Notes: generated from the sequence alone by a model not told the origin. A stretch of DNA of 64,000 nucleotides from the human T2T-CHM13v2.0 reference genome, Homo sapiens (GCF_009914755.1 NC_060926.1), one strand, 5' to 3'; positions 29,423 to 45,700 are shown, counted from the first letter of the stretch. Made by a program: numbers and translations.

Positions 29423-29710
29423 GGCCGGGTGTGGTGGCTCATGCCGAGGCAGGTGGATCACCTGAGGTCAGGAGTTCGAGACTAGCCTGGCCAACATGGA
29501 GAAAACCCCATCTCTACTAAAAATACAAAAATTAGCCAGGTGTGGTGACGGGCGCCTGTAAGCCCAGCTACTCAGGAGGCTGAGGTAGGAGAATCACTTG
29601 AACCCGGGAGGCGGAGTTTGCAGTGGGCCGAAATCACACTACTGCACTCCGGCATGGGCAACAGAGTGGGACTCTGTCTCAAAAAAAAAAAAAAAAAAAA
29701 ACAAAACAAA
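29423..29710 (+). mobile_element. Alu (AluS-type) with ~25-bp deletion in the left arm
   Basis: ggctcatgcc joins directly to gaggcagg (tgtaatcccagcactttgggaggcc missing); TSD-like aaaagcctca / aaaacctca. Confidence 0.9.
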
Positions 29711-30773
29711 ACCTCAGAAGAGAGGCTGTCTGGGAAAGAAAGGCAAGGAGAAAGGGGGTGGGGAGAAGAAGGAGACTCATCACGAGGTCTGAGAAAGCTC
29801 TATTTCATCTTATGTGCTTGAAAAGGAACCAGACTTTAAATTAGAAAGGATACAGAATTCTCCCTTCTTCACCTATTGATATACTTGAAGGAGAGTGGTG
29901 TCCAAATGCTATCGGAGCTTCTGCTCCTGTTTCTAAGGAGGAAGCTCAACTATCTGCAGTTGCCTCGATGGGACACAGAACCAGGGCTGCCAGGGAACCC
30001 GGAGGGAATACTCAGGTCACTTCTCAGACATTGTGATGAGTGTCCTTCTTCTCCCTAGCCCCTTTCTCCGTGCCTTTCTTTCCCAGACAGCCTCTCTTCT
30101 GAGGCTTTTTTTATGTTCCCTGCATTCAGCCTTCCCTCAGGCACACTCGTATGCACACACACATGGGTGCACACAATAGGTGCACACACATATAGCGTGC
30201 ACGCACATAGATGCACACACATGCACATGCAGTTCTCTGGCTATTTGGAGATTGGCCATCTGGAAACCTGCTGTGGAAGGGAAGACAGAGTACAGGAAGG
30301 GCCAGGGTGCTCATCCCACCTCCATCATTAATTCATGGGATGAGACAAATTAGTGGACTTCTCCAGACCCACATTCCTTCCTCTGGAAAATGGAGATTTG
30401 TCAGGTTGGTGTGGTCAAATTTAAACACAGCAAAACAAAGGACAAGTATCCAAGAGGTGCCTTTCAAGGGACCTTTCAGCAGGGGCTGAGAAAAGTATAC
30501 AAACTAGACATCTCTTTTCTCCAATCTTAATACAGTCATCCACTTCATAACAATGTCTCAGTCAACAGCCGCCTGTAAGATTGTAATGGAGATGAAAAAT
30601 TCCTATTGCCTAGTGACATTGTAGCCACTGATGTAGTATAACACATTACTCACATGTGTGTGGTGATGTTGTGTAAACAAGCCTACTGAGCCGCCAGCTG
30701 CCAAATAAATGTATAGCACATACCATCATGTACAGTACATAATACTTGATAATGATTACTTGATAACAAGTAA

Positions 30774-31169
<396 letters not shown>

Positions 31170-31360
31170 TAACCAAAAGATTTTAAAAGTAAAAAATTTT
31201 AAAATCTCAAAAATAGAAAAAAGCTTATGGAATAAGGATATAAGGAAAGACAATATTTTTGTACAGCTGTAAAATGTGTATGTTTTAAGCTAAGCGTTAT
31301 TACAAAAGAGTCAAACAGTTAAAAAATTAAAAAGTTTATAAGGTGAAAAAGATACAGTAA

Positions 31361-31794
<434 letters not shown>

Positions 31795-32297
31795 TCACAC
31801 TCACTCACCCCTCACTCACTGACTCACCCAGAGCAACTTCCAGTCCCGCAAGCTCCATTCATGCTAAGTGTCCTCTAAAGGTGTACCACTTTTTATCTTT
31901 TATACTGTATTTTTACTATACCTTTTTTATGTTTAGATATATTTCGATACATAAATATTTATCAGTTGTTAACAATTGTTTACAGTATTCAGTACAGTAA
32001 CATGCTGTACAGGTTTTTGACCTAAGAGGCAATAGACCATATCATACAGCCTAGGTTTGTAGTAGACCATCTAGGTTTGTGTAAGTACACTCTACAATAT
32101 CGGCACAATGATGAAATCACCTGTTGACACATTTTTCAGAGAGTAGCCCCATCATTAAGTGATGCATGACTGTAAGAGGGAAAATTAGTTCTGCCATGGA
32201 GAATACTTTGTGGATGATCGAAGCAAGTATGAGTCAAAAGAGAAAGAATTTAAGTAAAATAAAATTGATTAAATTTTTAAAAATTTTCTTCATGTAG

Positions 32298-32363
32298 TTT
32301 TGCTGGTGACTGGAGTACATTCAAACAAAGAAACGGCAAAGAAGATTAAAAGGCCCAAGTTCA
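32298..32363 (+). CDS. VIT: Vitrin exon 3, (V)LLVTGVHSNKETAKKIKRPKF(T): end of signal peptide plus basic linker
   Basis: Acceptor ttttcttcatgtag; donor TCA|gtaagt; 66 nt, phase 1-1, in frame with both neighbours. Confidence 0.95.
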
Positions 32364-32863
32364 GTAAGTAAAATCACAATTCCTTGCTGGCATAATGCTT
32401 GTTTCTCCCACATGGAGGGTTATTATACTTGTTTTAGGTAATTTTTGTTTTGGTTTGGTTTTTATCTCTATGTCAATTAATTTCCACTCAGATTAATTAG
32501 TGATAAGTCTTATCCCCTACCACATTCCAAAAAGTATTTGAGATAGGAGCCCTGACTTTAGGGTAAAGGATATGTAGTTCCCCTGCACTAGGAAAACTCA
32601 AAATGCACATACAAAGACCAGGCAACAGTATGTCTCTATGGCTAAGCGGAAAAAGCTTAGCCCTGACATTGAAATGTTGTCTCAATTCCCCATACCAGAA
32701 AACTTATTTTGGCTAATGCAAAGGTCTAGCAAAACTGCCCACCTTCCAACAGACCCTGGGAGCAGAAGGCAAATCTCGCAAAAAAGCCCATGCAATTTCA
32801 CACCCAATCAATGGAAGGAGAAAAAATAAATTTCACTTTTGAGTGGTGTATCAGTTAAGATTA

Positions 32864-33212
<349 letters not shown>

Positions 33213-33405
33213 TTAAGACTGCAGTTTCTTTCTCTCTCCTGGTCTTGGCTTTTATGGAAGTTCCACAATCTCCAGGGACCCAGACTTCTGTCTTCTAATT
33301 CTGCCATTTTCCATGCGGCTCCCAATTCATTGCCCAAAATGGCTGCCCCAGCTCCATCCATCATGTCCACATTCCAGTCAGTAGGAAGGGATGAAGAAGG
33401 GCACA

Positions 33406-34043
33406 TAATAGGGATGCAGGATTTTTCTTCTCAGTCATTTTGCAAGCCAGGGAACCCCAGCCGGTGGTGCCTCACCTGGGCCTTGCTCGGCCACATTGGC
33501 ATGCCCCAGCTCACCTGTGTTATAGCTTATACTCATGTTCAGCAGTTCCTGAGCTCTTGTACCATGCCCAAGAAGAATGAGGATAAGCTGGACATTGAAG
33601 GGTGAGGAGGGCTGAGACGAATTTTATCGAGTGAGGGAACAACTCTCAGCAGAGAGGGGACATGAGGGGTGGTTCCCCTACCCAAAGGCGTGAAAGTCCC
33701 TAATGTGGCTGAGTCTGAGGACTTTTACGGACTCAGAATGGGGAGTACGTGCTGATTGGTTTGCGAGTATGCAAAAAAGTTTACAGCAAAGACACCACTC
33801 AAAGGTGGGCATGACAGTGTAGAAAACCAATTAGGAAAAGGGTAGGTATATGTAAAATAGGTGAAGGGTGGGGATCCATCAGAGGAAAGCGCACCAAACA
33901 GGAAGACAGGTTCTCAGTCCAGTCTGAGGATTTAACTTGTAGCTTGCCTTTCAGGCTTTAAACTGTCTTCTGCTTGGAGGTGGGGCTTCACCAGGGACCC
34001 ACCCCTATCTGCCTAGGCATTTGGCTGCCTCCTACCGCTCTCA
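33406..34043 (-). mobile_element. ERV1 solo LTR (LTR9-like, HUERS-P3 family)
   Basis: Reverse complement starts tgagagcggtaggaggcagccaaatgcctaggcagatagggg, matching the recalled LTR9-type 5' end; ~640 bp; interrupts the surrounding MLT1-like sequence. Confidence 0.65.
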
Positions 34044-34096
34044 ATAGCTCCCTTTAAAGCTACATCCAGATAGTTCAGTAGAACCCCTCTCTTTAA

Positions 34097-34444
<348 letters not shown>

Positions 34445-35473
34445 ATGTCTTGATTTTAAACATCCACGTCCCTTGCTAAAAGTAAGGGCTATTATTACTA
34501 TGAAAAAAAAGAAGAATTGATATTGGGAAATCACTCACAAAAGAAGACACAGATGGAAAACTCACACTCAAATATTGTAAGCACACTGGGATATCTGTAT
34601 CCAAATTTGTAGGCTTGATGGAAGCTTAAGTTAAAGTGTGTTTATAAAGAACCATAAAAAAGGCTTTAGATGCAGTCAACATTCTGTGCTCTCCACAACT
34701 GAAACTTTCTTATAGGCATTAAATTTAGGTACCTTGAAATCAGCCACATTAATCATTTGAAATAAAAGAAAGATTTGCTTCACACAGCCTCCTTTTTTCT
34801 TCTGCTCTTTTAAACCTTCCATGTGAGATTTCCTGTTGAAATGAGACCAAAAGGGCAACCATCCACAGCCTCCTAGGCTGAAATACTAAAAAGGAATCAG
34901 TTGTTTATTTATTTCTGTCAGGACCAAGAGCCAAGAGGACCAGCCCTGGGGCAGATGTGTGTTCAAAACAATGATTAGGTTAATATGGAGACAAATGCAC
35001 GCCCAAGTATGAATTCCTTTGGGCTGTTTCCAGTATCTTCATTAACTCATATACAAAAATCACGAAAGGTTCCATGATTACCATGACAACAGTTTGCAGT
35101 GACTATGAAAGTCTGTGCTAAATGACCCAAGGGCAAACCTCTTTGAGAGATCTCAAATGGATTGAATTTCTGATATGCTAAATTCTAGCCTTATTCTCAA
35201 AATCTCCCTAGTGATGCAGCGCATTGGAATCAGTAAATGCATGAGGTCTTTTCTCTAATTAGAAACTCTAGCACAATTATTAAATAGGGAAAAAAAGATA
35301 CAATGAAGGTAATTGGATATTCCCAAAACTCGGAGATATCTGATTCTTGATCTCCAGAGTATTTCCAAATCATAGTCTATAGCTTGAGGCCAAAGTCATT
35401 TTCTTTCTTTTTTTTTCTATTCAACACTGTCAGTCTGCTGCTGGGGGAGGTGACTGATGGCAAGGAAGGCACA

Positions 35474-35980
35474 TTATTCACTCATTTGATAAGTATTTAT
35501 TGTGTGCTGGCCAAGTACCAGGCACTGTTAGACACCCAGAAACAACAGCAACCCAGACTCGATCTATGCCCTCACAGAGCTCACAATCAAAGGTGGAAGA
35601 AAGACAAGTCAACAGGCAATGATAATGTCCACATAAGTGCTAGGACAAGAGGAGCTAAAGGTACTCAGAGAGTTAGGAAAAGAAGCTGTGTATCTGGGAG
35701 GGCTTCCTGGAGGAAATGACACACACGGATTCTGAAGGCCAAATAGGGATTGGCCAGGCAAAGACGAGGAGAAAAGAGTGTAATAAGCAGAAAGAACACA
35801 TCATGCCCAAGGCCTGAAGGGTAGAAAAAGCTAAAAAGTAGTTCAACATACAGAAATAGAGAATAGAAGGTGAATGTGTAGAGGAAAAAGATGAAAAGCA
35901 AAGAGACACCAGATGGTGAAGAGTTTTACTGCCATGTTCAGGGAATCTGGACTTCTTCGAGAGGGCAATGGGAAGTGTCT
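35474..35980 (-). mobile_element. L2 3' fragment
   Basis: ttattcactcatttgataagtatttattg...ccaggcactgtt...gccctcacagagctcac. Confidence 0.7.
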
Positions 35981-36167
35981 TCATGTGGGTTATTTTGGTT
36001 GCAATTAGCAGGACTCCAAGGCCAATCTGCTTAAGCAAAAAGGGGGATTTGGGCAGGACGTGGGGTAGCTCACAGAACCCAAGGCAGGAAATACAGCTGT
36101 AACTCCCTCCAGCTCCCTCCGGTTGGACTGCAGATGGAAAGGCCTCAGGAACCGGCACCCCTGCTTC

Positions 36168-36234
36168 TTCTCTCTGTGCATCTCTCTCTTTCTCTCTCTT
36201 GCTGTCTCTCTCTCTCCCCCCCTCTCTCTCTCTC
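36168..36234. repeat. Degenerate (CT)n pyrimidine tract within an MLT1-like fragment
   Basis: Direct reading. Confidence 0.8.
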
Positions 36235-36887
36235 CAGACCATGTCTCTCAGTCCTGATCCCAAATTCCTGGGAGAGAGAATCTAATTGCATCAGGCGAGC
36301 CTGGCAGGGGTCCACCCTATAAAAGGAGCATGGTCCTCAGAGAATAGTAAAGTGTTAAGGAAGGTTGTGTTAGGGAAATGAAACAATCCTGCCAACATTA
36401 ACAACAACTCCTTTGTAGCAATATTTGAAGATATGAAGAGAGAAGAGAGAGAACACAACTTGTGAGTAAGCATTACAGATTTACATGCATATACAGATAG
36501 TATGAAAGTGTGTACAAAGTCTGGACAGAATTTCACACAACTTTATATAGTAAGTTGGAAGACAGACAATTACAATTTCTCTTGCCGTTCTGGAGGTAAG
36601 GGCTTACAGATCGTTACAGAAGGCCGGAGCCCTGGCATTGTAAAATCAAAAGTCTGGCCTCTTATGTCTTACGTCTTTTAGAAAACATCCTAAGAGGACA
36701 GGGTGGTGGGGGGCAGTGGCTCTCTCCTCTTCACTAAATAAAAAAAGCTTGATCATCTAACCGTTAGCGTCGATACCTCAAAATATATCTTACAGGATGC
36801 TACTGAAGAGTTTTAAACAGAAAGTGAAATGATAAAAGCAGGGCTTTAAACAAATCACTTTAGCTTTAATGTGAGATTGGACTAGGT

Positions 36888-37059
36888 CAGTGGTTCTCAA
36901 TGTGTGGCTCCTGGACCGGCAGCATCAGCATCATCCGGGACCTTTCGTCTCACCCAGCCCAGACATCCTGAGTCAAAAACTACAGGGGTGGGCCCAGCAA
37001 TCTGTGCTTTAACCAGCTCTCCAGGTGATTTGAGGACTTGTAAAATGTGATAACCGGTG
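36888..37059 (+). mobile_element. MER5A hAT MITE
   Basis: cagtggttctcaa...agcatcagcatca...ggggtgggcccagcaatctgtg...ccaggtgatt; 8-bp TSD-like gactaggt / gactagag. Confidence 0.85.
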
Positions 37060-37689
37060 GACTAGAGAGAGGACCAAGACAAAGGCGTCTTACAAATATG
37101 AATGTGAAATCATTTCAGGTAGGTTCCCTTTAGTGCCCTCTAACCTCTCTTTTAGAAGCTCTCAGTTTTCACCAGTGTTTTTTCAAGACTCACAATCTTC
37201 ACAACCCAGAAGTCTTAAGTGAAATAACAAGGAGAAGGTAGTTTGGTAGTGTTGGTCAGTGATTAATTTCCTGACCCCTCCTAGGCAGGGGGCACTCTCC
37301 TAGACTCTTGAGGATCTAGTGCCTGATGTTTCCCCAGAGGCCTCCTCTCAAGCTGGGTGGGACTAAAGAATGAGGTGTCTGTTGCCTGGTAGCAGATAAG
37401 GGTGTTGCATAATCAAAGGCTGACCAAGTAGAAAGTAAAGTAGAAGACGTATGGGAAAAATGGGAGAAGGAGAAGAGCATAACTGTCTTCCTTGGACTTG
37501 GCTTGAAAACGCCTGCCATTCCAGTACATCTATTCTGCCTACTCATGGGGTTCCCACTGATTTTGGTAGTTATCTCTTTCTCTCCTCTCTACTTTCCCTT
37601 CTTTTTCACTTCTTTGTCTTCTCACCCCTTTTTCCTTCTTTGCATTTCTTTGGTCTGTCCGTGGGCTCCAGTGCCCCCCATGGATGTTA

Positions 37690-38085
<396 letters not shown>

Positions 38086-39663
38086 TTACAAAGAAGAAAA
38101 ACAAAGATATAAAAAAGCAATTGGATGGATTCTCACAGCTCTACTGCACAAACCCATAGGCCCATTCATTCCAAGCTAATATTTTGCTTTTATGTGCTCA
38201 TTTGTATTGGATACAATTTTATCCCACCATATTTGGCTTATCACATTATTTTCTAAATCAAATTAAGTCTGACTCCAAACTGCCAATTGCTGGGGTAGGG
38301 GGTGGAATTCAAATTCCTTACTTACAAAGATTTCCTCCCTCTCTGCTCCAGCAGAGTGGGCTTGTGCAGTCTAGAAGATTCGGGGTGGTCCCCTCAGCTA
38401 CTCAGTGTCCAAGTCCATGTTATCTCTAGAAGGTGGGTAACCCCACTGTTTCCTGGATGATGGGATGTTGGCAGAGGTGGGGAAGCCCTGTACCTAAATC
38501 TCCACCCCAAGGTGCATCACACCAGATGCTGCCCTGAGGTGGGTGCTTCTCAAAGCAGCTGCTAGGGCAAGGGACATTTCCTTTACTGGAACCTATTTGG
38601 CCACTCCCACCTTCCCAGTCTTAGAAGATCATTGTGTCTCCATCACTCTTTGGGCTGAACAAGCCCAATCCCCTGAAACAAGGGGAATTTGGAGAGTCTA
38701 CTTTTCAAAGCCTGGAGAGAGTGTTGTCTTTGCGACACACTGCCCTCTCTCCTGCAACCTTGAGAACCACAGGTGGGAAAACATGAGCCTGTCTACCTTC
38801 TTAGAATAGTAAGAGGGAAAAAATGCAATGGGAAGAAACGTAAGTTAATGACTTAATAAATTAACGGACTGTTTAATCCAAGGTAAAGTTTACCTTACTG
38901 CAGTAATGAGAGTTTTATCAGTTTATTTTTAGAGGTGACATTTTCAAGGCTCTCATTTTCCTGATAAGTCTTAGAGCCATAGATCTAACCTTAGCCAGAG
39001 GCACCTTAGTGGTAGGTTTAGTCAGCATAAACCTACTCAAGCAGTTTCTAACAGATTACCAAAGTGTGGCTGCATTTTTCTTGATTGTTTAAGGCTACAA
39101 ATAAAGATTGAAGGGCTTAGGTGTGTTCATAAGACACTTTTCCTAAGGTAGTCATAATACCTTATACATTTTAAGGATTAATTTCATTTATGTGTAGGTT
39201 ACTCATTCAAAAAAGGCCTACTCTTTAACTTATGAGACTTTCAGTCCATACTGTAATAAACACATCATATATTTTCACATAAATTATGTCCACCAGACTC
39301 TAGAACAATTCCTGCCTGGCAAAGTGTCCGTGCTAGAGGGAGAAAAGCTTTTAAGTTGTAAAATCTCATCAATGGCTTTTCACACATAATGAAGCTGCAG
39401 AAGAGCCCCAGAAGCAATGGCCTTAGTCCAAAGTGGTGTCAGGTGAGATCACATTATGCAGATGGGAGCCATTGATGATTCCATGCAACGTGTTACTGGC
39501 TGCCCATCCTGCAAATTCTGTGTCCTCAGTAAGCATCAATCTTGTATAAGATGAAACAAAAGTATGTAAAGGAAAGCCTTGCTGGGCCCAATCCCTATCC
39601 CCAACACACACTCAGAAGTAGGTTAGAGGCCTCCTGTATGCACTGCACTTTCTCCGTCAAGTA

Positions 39664-39799
39664 CTGATGCTCCTTGACTTACAATGGGGTTGTGTTTTCA
39701 TAAGTCCATAGTAAGTCACAAATGCATTTAATACCCTGAAAAACCTTTCATAAAGTTGAAAAATCTGAAGTCAAACCATTGTAAATCAGGGACTGTCTG
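39664..39799 (+). mobile_element. MER47-like (Tigger5 family) MITE
   Basis: TA-flanked ctgatgctccttgacttacaatgggg ... ccattgtaaatcagggactgtctg, imperfect TIRs. Confidence 0.75.
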
Positions 39800-42700
39800 T
39801 ATTTACCACGTATTACTCTAAGAGCTTTTTTTATACAGTCTATCTTCCCAGCAAGACCAAAAGTACCATGAAGATCCAATTAGTGCTCATTAGGTATGGA
39901 CAAAGGAACAACAACAAAAGCCACTATAAAATAAAGCAAAATGTGGTAAATTCTATAGGAGAATAACAAACAAGGAGTCTACAATAGGACTCCTATTGGT
40001 CTTATGAAAGAACATTCAAGATAAGACCTGAAAAATAAGTGAATTTTTACAGGCAGAGGTTGGGAAAGGGCTTTCTAGGTGGACTAAGCCCACATACCAT
40101 GGAAAACAAGTGGAGGATGAGGTCAGGAAGCAGTGAAAGGCAAGGTTGGGTTTAAGCACTGAGGAGTCACGGAAATGCAGCTGGAAGGTGGATTAGGACC
40201 CACCAGGCAACACCAATCTGAGAAGCTTTTTTTCTTTGTCATTCACTAGAGGGCGGGGACTCCTGAGAGTTTTCTAAGCAGGAAATTTACATGAGGAAGA
40301 CAACAATCAGTGAGATAAACACGATATTCTCCACAGGCAGTAGAGCTACATTCTGAAATATTTCCATTTACTTTGGAGTCTGTTGAAATAGACTTAATTT
40401 GGGGTGAAATGTACAACATGTAGTTCACATAGTTCTCTCCAATGAGTTAATCTTAATACCTTGTAAGGCATGGAAAGATGTTTGCAATCAACCTTGAAAG
40501 AGTAGATGATTCCTGAACCTACTGCCTTGGGCATGAAGAGGTCATTGTTCTGGGACTTAGTTACTTAATGCATTGGACACTGATGAAGAGAAATACGACT
40601 CCATGGTTGTAAGATTTGGTATAGCATGCACACAGCTTCTTGGGTAGGTTTATGTGTAGCAACTTGTAAGTAATCCCCAGTGTTTCTTGCTTCTTAGACA
40701 CCTGGCGCCAACACCAGTGGGTTCTCCACACAGATTGGTTTGTGGGCCCTTTCTCAGACCATGAAAAAGGAAGAGGATTAACTTTCTAGCCCTTCTTCTG
40801 ATATGGGTGAGAAAGAAGGCAGAGACTGTCTGTGTTACAGATTTTCAGTTGAGTAGACTCTACCCTGGCAATTCTCAGAAATAACGGGAAAACAGTACAA
40901 TGGAAAATTACGCTAGAAGAGTTACTTTGCAGGTATTTGGGGTAAATGCACAGATGCATGCATGTATTCACATAAACACACACACACATGCATACACACA
41001 ACCTATTTGTAAGATATATACTGCATTCACCCACTAGTGGTTGTCAGCAATCTTCAAGTTCAGAAAAGCCTGTAAGATTAGACTAGAGAAGCTGCAGTTT
41101 AACTTCTTCCCTTCAGTCATGGAAGTGGCAACCAGGTGGAGCTGGCAAAGCTTTGGGTTTATAGGCCTGAGTTCAGGTCTTAGTTCTGCCACTTGATATC
41201 TGAACAATTGTTCAATTGTTAATTGAACAAATTAACTTGCCTCTCTGAAAAATGAAGACTAATGCCTTTTAGGGTTTTGTAAGGACCAAATGAAAGAACC
41301 TATATTAGGGTCCTTTGTAAACTAAAATATGTATTTTTAGAGACACAAACTTCTGCAGCTGCCCCAAAACTGTGTTGCCACAGGCCAGTTACCCTCTGTC
41401 ATCCAATCACTCCATCCATTCATTTATTCATTCAGCAGACATTCTCTTGAACAGCAGTGAACAAAACAGACAAAAGTCCCTGCCCTCATGAATTTTATAT
41501 TCTAGTAGATGAATGAAGATGTTAACTGGAACTGGGACCTAAAAGATAGTAACATTCAAACAGATGAAAGGAAAAAGGGTTTCAGAGGTGAGAAATGATT
41601 CAAGCTAAGTGTGCGAGACAACATGCATTTAGAAAGTAAAGACTTTATTGGCAAGTATTGGCAAGCCTAGACGTTCCATGGAAGAAACTATGGAATGGCC
41701 TTAAGGATTTTGGAATTTTTCCTAATGGCAGCAAAAACCTAGTGGTGGTTTTTGAGCAAAGATTCAATGTGATCAAAGATTGTTTAAGAAAAATGGATAA
41801 GAATGCTTTGCAAAAGAGGGTGCTTCAAAGGAAGAATTAAAGTGACCTAGATATCAGGATCAAGGAGAACAATGCATTCATCTTCAAATTAATGATATTT
41901 TTATTTCATTAAACTGAGGACTTTTTGCATAATTCTCTTAAAAACAGGATTTTACTCTAGTTGAATATCACAGTGCAACAAAATTAAGTTTAATATTAAA
42001 AGTTTTCATACATAAGTGATTTTTTTTATAATTCTTCTTCATTAAAAAAATAAAAATAATAATTCTTCCTTATTAACAGGCATGAGGCAAGCTTACGATA
42101 ATTGCTTGTTGATAAGGAAACTTGTTCTCCAGAAGCAATGTGGCTTGCCTGGGATTACTGAAAAGATGAGTGGCAAAATAAGGAATCTGCAGTTTGATTT
42201 GGCCTACTACATAATCGGCTTGCTGTATGTGACATCATCTAATAATCACTGTTATTAGCCTAGGCAGGAGACCCAACCAACAGAAGAAATATTTGCAGTT
42301 CTTCCTCTCAGATTCCAATTTTGTACTAAAAATTGACTCAAATAGTACCAGTTGTCTGTTCTGAGATGAGACCTTTTGCCCAGGAACCCTTGTGAGATCA
42401 CTACAGCGGACACATGAACCTCAGTGACCTAAAGGTAATCCTACAGTTCGATCTGGTTTGCAGGTGGTTCTCTTTTCCCTGTGGCTAGTTCCAAGGGCCT
42501 TTGGGAAGGAACCCTTGGCAGATACTGAGGTGCTCTAATGTGATTTCTGATGCGAAAGTGAGAGCGTCTATGAGAAGGCAAGATTATCTTAAGGAATCAT
42601 ATGAGACGGTGGGTGGGTGGGGTTGCAAAGGGAGAAGCGGAGCAGGTGGCCAAGCAACAGGTTTCTGTGCAAAGGTGCCACTCAAGAGGTCTGGGCTCCC

Positions 42701-45700
42701 CACGGCTCTCTGTGGCTTTGGTGTGGACTTTCCCTCACGGACGCTAGCAACTGTCCAGTCCGGAAGGAATAGAAGAGGCTTTTGTCTTGCTTTCTTCAAA
42801 GGTTCCAGAATAAGTTCTTTTTAGAACTTACAAATAATTTTTCACCTGAGGTTAGCTGTGGGGACACAGCATTCCCCTCTGACTGTTCTGGCATTTGCCA
42901 AATGTCTTCCCGCTCCCTTTAGACCTACAACTGATACTTCTTGAGCTGCCTTAATTTTAGCTTATCTTCTTAAGGAAATCCGATTTTCTGCACTTTTAGG
43001 ATCAAACTCAGAGAAGGGGGAAGGGAGATACGAATAAACCTTAACAACCAAAGAAAGAGGAAGAAAGGAAAACCTAAGCTGCGAGCACTGAATAGTTCAA
43101 AGACCTTCAGAGGAAAGGCCAACATCCGTTTCATCTGGGCCTTAAGTGGAGCGGTGGAAGATTCTTTGGCTGTTACAAGAAAACAGACTACCTCACAAAT
43201 AACTGGGAAAATATTGTAGAGAAACAAACCATAGTTTCCATATACTTAAAGAAGAGCTGCCAGAAAGATGCAAATGCCTGCTTTTTCCTGGCTGAACATA
43301 GACATTACACTTTTTAATAATTTTGGCAATCACTCTGCAAAATTTAACTAGTTCACTCTCTCCAGCTTAATTTTCTGTACAAATTTAACAAATTTTTTAC
43401 CTTTAGCCACACTTTACCGTGGCTCCCTGTTTTTTCAAAGTGCATGAACACACGTGCCTGATTTCATTTTTTTCCCCCGTGGGACAAATTAATGAGTGAA
43501 TCCACCAATTTTGCTAATCTGGTTAGGTGCAGATAAAGCAGATCTTATTTAAGGTACTTCCCTGACATTTGTAAGGGGAAAAAAAAAGACAAAATAAACA
43601 AGCAAACAAAAAACAAGTGCCCCCTTAAAGAAAGGAGGGAAAATTGATTAGCAGGAAGTAAAATGTGACATTTTCCCTTGTCTTTTAAACCAATTATTTC
43701 ATGGAAGATCTTACTGCATGTAATATGTGCACCCAGAAGTCTTTCAACAGGTTTGATCATTGTCTAATACTCATGAAATAAGCTTCCAGATAGAGACTCG
43801 TTTACACAACCCCAAAATATTTAGTTGGTCTGACAGGACATTCAAAATCTCACAGTGCCAGAGTCACATCAAAATTTAATCTTAATGCACACAGCTTGTC
43901 ACTTCCTATTTCAAAAAATTAAGAACAAAGAAGAAATCTTTCATTTTCTTTACCTCTAAGGGAGGAGATGCATTTGGGAGTGAGGAAGTGATCTGGGGAA
44001 AAGAGGAGAGTTGAACACACAGTTACATCCAGGAATCAAACAATTCACTAATTTGAAGAGAGACCACACTGGCATCTTCATCCCAAAATATGCCTTTAAA
44101 AAATACTCTGAGACTCATAATAGTAAATGCAGCCTTGAGTATCAGAGTTTAAAAGAATGAAAGGTAAAAAGAAAATAGCCGGTGAGGAGGCAACCTTTGA
44201 TGGGGAGAATGAAACCACAAAACTGTTTGAAGCACAGCGCTCTACTTCTTAATGTAAACCACTAATTGCTTAAGCCTGTGATCAAACTCAACCCCTCGGT
44301 TCCCAGCAGAAGTTCCCTGTTGGCCCAGCCCTGAGTAGCAAAGATTGTCTGGGATGGGTGTTTAAGAAAAGAGCATAAAACTTCAGTTCTCTCTCCAGCC
44401 TGAATGAAATGCAATTCTCCTCATTCAGGTACACAAGGGTTAAAAAAGAATATGCTTTTTGGATACAGCTGGAAGCCATTAGCAACTCTGAGACCATCTC
44501 AGGAACCCAGTTAGAGGGTGGGTGGCCTGGCAGAGCTCCTGGATCCAAGAGTCTGTGAATTACAGACTCTTAGCATTGGGAGAGGTTTTATTCTACTTCT
44601 CACCCAATGTAGAAATCCTCTCTGTAACTGTTCAGTCTCCACTTGCATACTTCTACCAACACCCCACTCACTGCTTCCTGGGGCAGCTCAGTCCTTCACG
44701 GACAATTTCAGTTCCTAGAAAGTTCTTCTTGGCAAAATTTGCCTCTATAGAAAGTCTGTTCTTTAAGTTCTAGCTCACCCTCTGGCATCACAGCACACAA
44801 CAATCCTACTTGTGAAGATAACTATCATTGCCTCCAATTCTTGCTTCCTCATGCCCAAATGACCCATTTCTACAAACCATCCCTTTCATTTGGTAATTTC
44901 CAGACCATTCCCAAGCCTGCTGCCTCTTTGGACTGTGCTCATGTTTTAAAGTTCCCTCTGAAGAATGGGGGCCAGAACTGAATATATTCCCAGATCAAAA
45001 GGCACCAGTAAAGTGTCCTCTAGGGGACCTTGGACCTTTTCCTTCTGGAGTTATTGAGGCAAAATCTTTGCAGGGAAATTGCAGTCCTATCCCTTCTGGG
45101 ATACAGTCAATAGAGCATCTACTCCACCTCATCCCCAGGCAACCTTTCAGCTTCAGCAAACTTGCCTACTGGATGAAGTGAGGCTGGCAGTAGCAATAGC
45201 AAAGCCAAAACAGAGGGAGGAAAGAATGAATGAGCTTCCCCTGGATGCTCAGCCAGAGAGTTCCCAGCTTTCCATCAAGCGTTCAGGCAGATAAGAAAAG
45301 ATCTCTCCCATTATGACTTCAGATCTAAGCCTAGAGGATCCTCTAGGACCAAGACAAAATATCATGTTTTTGACCTGTCTTCCCTGTCCAGAAGTCTTTC
45401 ATTGCCTTCCACATCCTACATAGAACACAAGCATGTAAGCCTTCTCAATTTGGTCCATCCCTACCAATCTACCATCGTCCCACCAGGCCCCATAATGGAG
45501 TCCCTACCCACAAGCCAACCTTGTCCAGGTCATTCCTAACTCCAATGCTCCCACCGTATGCCCTTCCTGGAATACTTTTCCTTCCTTTTGTAAGGCTGGG
45601 TTAGCTACAGAGCATCTGAAAGACCAGTACTCTCCTGCCATTGACTCAAGATAACATTTCTGGCCACTGGAGGTGGGTGGTCTTTTCTCAGAGATCTCTG

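Noticed and set aside
35673-36263. Longest ORF in the track (196 aa, minus strand)
   Set aside because: Runs across a (CT)n tract, MLT1-like and L2 fragments; low complexity, no domain, no splice support.
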